32,000 nucleotides of DNA from Candidatus Saccharimonadota bacterium (lineage in GTDB: Bacteria > Pseudomonadota > Alphaproteobacteria > Rickettsiales > Anaplasmataceae). Of the stretch, positions 30,795-32,000 are shown one piece after another; the first letter of the stretch is position 1; each line of letters starts with the position of its first letter. The stretch is from positions 570,001 through 602,000 of the forward strand of contig CP085695.1 of NCBI GenBank assembly GCA_029715105.1, in the 5' to 3' direction. A program made the translations under genes and the position numbers. The notes beneath the pieces are model-generated. The model saw only the letters and a program-made list of their open reading frames with translations. It ran no database searches and was not told the origin of the DNA.

Positions 30795-31509
30795 ATATTT
30801 GATACTTTTAAAAGTAAGAAAAGTACCATAATGGAAAATAGAGTAGATAAAATTAAATCCCTCTACAAGAAACTTTAAACCTACTAAAACTATTCCAGAG
30901 TATTAAATTAATGTAACCCTATTTTTATAGTACTCATGCTAAACTAAAGTTTACTAAAATTTAACTTAAGATATAATTATTATTAATACGAAAGACCTAT
31001 ATTAATTTTATATAAACATATTAAATATAATTTATTCAAATGATAAAAAAGGATGAGTTTAATATAAGAATCATTAGAAAATTTCGTCATATTTCCACTT
31101 ACAAAATGGCACTAAAATTTTATAAATTTCATAAATGAAAAGCTACACTATACTAAATTATATAATTTTTGATTCTAAAATTAGAAAATAACTTTTTATT
31201 AGAGATAGAAAATTCAACATAAATAGCACTATATAAGAATATAATAAAAAATATCTACTAAAATTTTATGTTCAAATAGAACATTAAAATAAGAATAATA
31301 TTCATTTAATAAAATTATTTTACAACTAAAAACCAATAATTAATTTAAGATTGATTTTTAATTCCATGATCAACTTGATTAAATAACAATAAAATATATT
31401 AGAAACTAGATATAATTACTCATAAATTAACTCGATATTCTAAAACTGTTCAAACTTATAAATTATATTATATTGCCTTAATTTTATGTAAAATCTTTAA
31501 AACTAAATC

Positions 31510-31538
31510 TTGATATTTTATCAAACGTATTTTATCAT
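31510..31538 (+). promoter_or_regulatory. Candidate promoter TTGATA-N17-TATCAT upstream of rsmH
   Basis: Hexamers at 31510-31515 and 31533-31538, 58 nt upstream of the ATG at 31596. Confidence 0.25.
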
Positions 31539-31595
31539 ATCTTCCAACAGAAAATAACATTTTATCAAAACAGCCTCTTGAAAGAATTATTCATT

Positions 31596-32000
31596 ATGAC
31601 ACATGTTCCAATTTTATTAAAAGAAATGCTATTACAGCTCTTACCACAAAATGGTAGTGTTTATGTAGATGCTACTTTTGGAGCTGGAGGATATAGTGAA
31701 GCTATATTAAAATCAGCCGATTGCAAAATATACGCAATCGATAGAGATGAAACAGTTATCAAATTTTACAATGACCTAAGTACTAGATATCCTAATAGGA
31801 TAGAACTATCTATTGAAAAATTTAGTAAAATTAAAAGCATTTTAAAAAAAAAATTAAAATATCCAACGCTGAAATCCGAAAAAAAATACAATAAAACTAT
31901 TGAATGTGTAGACGGAGTTATATTTGATGTCGGAACATCATCTATGCAGCTTGATGAAGGAAATAGAGGATTTTCTTTTCTACGTAACGGTTATCTTGAT
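31596..32000 (+). CDS. rsmH: 16S rRNA (cytosine1402-N4)-methyltransferase; the N-terminal 135 codons are present and the gene continues past the right edge
   Basis: Hand translation: MTHVPILLKEMLLQLLPQNGSVYVDATFGAGGYSEAIL…DGVIFDVGTSSMQLDEGNRGFSF, which is a typical RsmH/MraW SAM-binding and catalytic motif set. Confidence 0.88.
   Translation, partial: MTHVPILLKEMLLQLLPQNGSVYVDATFGAGGYSEAILKSADCKIYAIDRDETVIKFYNDLSTRYPNRIELSIEKFSKIKSILKKKLKYPTLKSEKKYNKTIECVDGVIFDVGTSSMQLDEGNRGFSFLRNGYLD

Overview
The window is very AT-rich (by eye, about three-quarters A+T) and looks like a reduced alphaproteobacterial genome of the Rickettsiales/Anaplasmataceae type. All homology calls come from motif recognition and synteny; no searches were run.

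On the minus strand it holds the distal half of a type IV secretion operon, ribA-virB8-virB9-virB10-virB11-virD4', with virD4 running off the left edge. After that come a signal-peptide metallophosphoesterase, dnaA and a run of housekeeping genes: a glutamine-synthetase-like ORF, purA, nth, a pgpA-like gene, glyQ, glyS, uvrC, hisS, nfu, ftsH, tilS, pal, an M32-peptidase-like gene, mreB, yajC and rsmH'. Several spacers between these genes are unusually long and ORF-free (about 0.7-0.8 kb).

The main finding is an almost perfect 1,578-bp head-to-tail tandem duplication (4000-5577 and 5578-7155). Each unit carries an 89-nt tRNA-Leu(GAG) that the ORF track cannot show, a complete ribA, a divergent promoter-like region and the first 50 codons of virB8. 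The result is a 55-codon virB8 remnant and a second promoter/tRNA/ribA module upstream of the secretion operon. The only sequence differences between the units cluster at the novel junction.

Other points worth a second look:
- purA is interrupted by a single in-frame TAA.
- An M32 carboxypeptidase homologue lacks HExxH and its other catalytic histidines, and is translationally coupled to mreB.
- The metallophosphoesterase has a purple-acid-phosphatase-type motif set and a signal peptide.
- The glutamine-synthetase-fold ORF is much shorter than a canonical GS.
- Three G/C homopolymer tracts of 7-8 nt occur in otherwise AT-rich DNA, one of them inside mreB.

I found no CRISPR array, transposase or integrase, toxin-antitoxin pair or defence-island-like cluster. 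I cannot honestly point to a new multi-gene system here. The duplication and its regulatory consequences are the most novel-looking structure.
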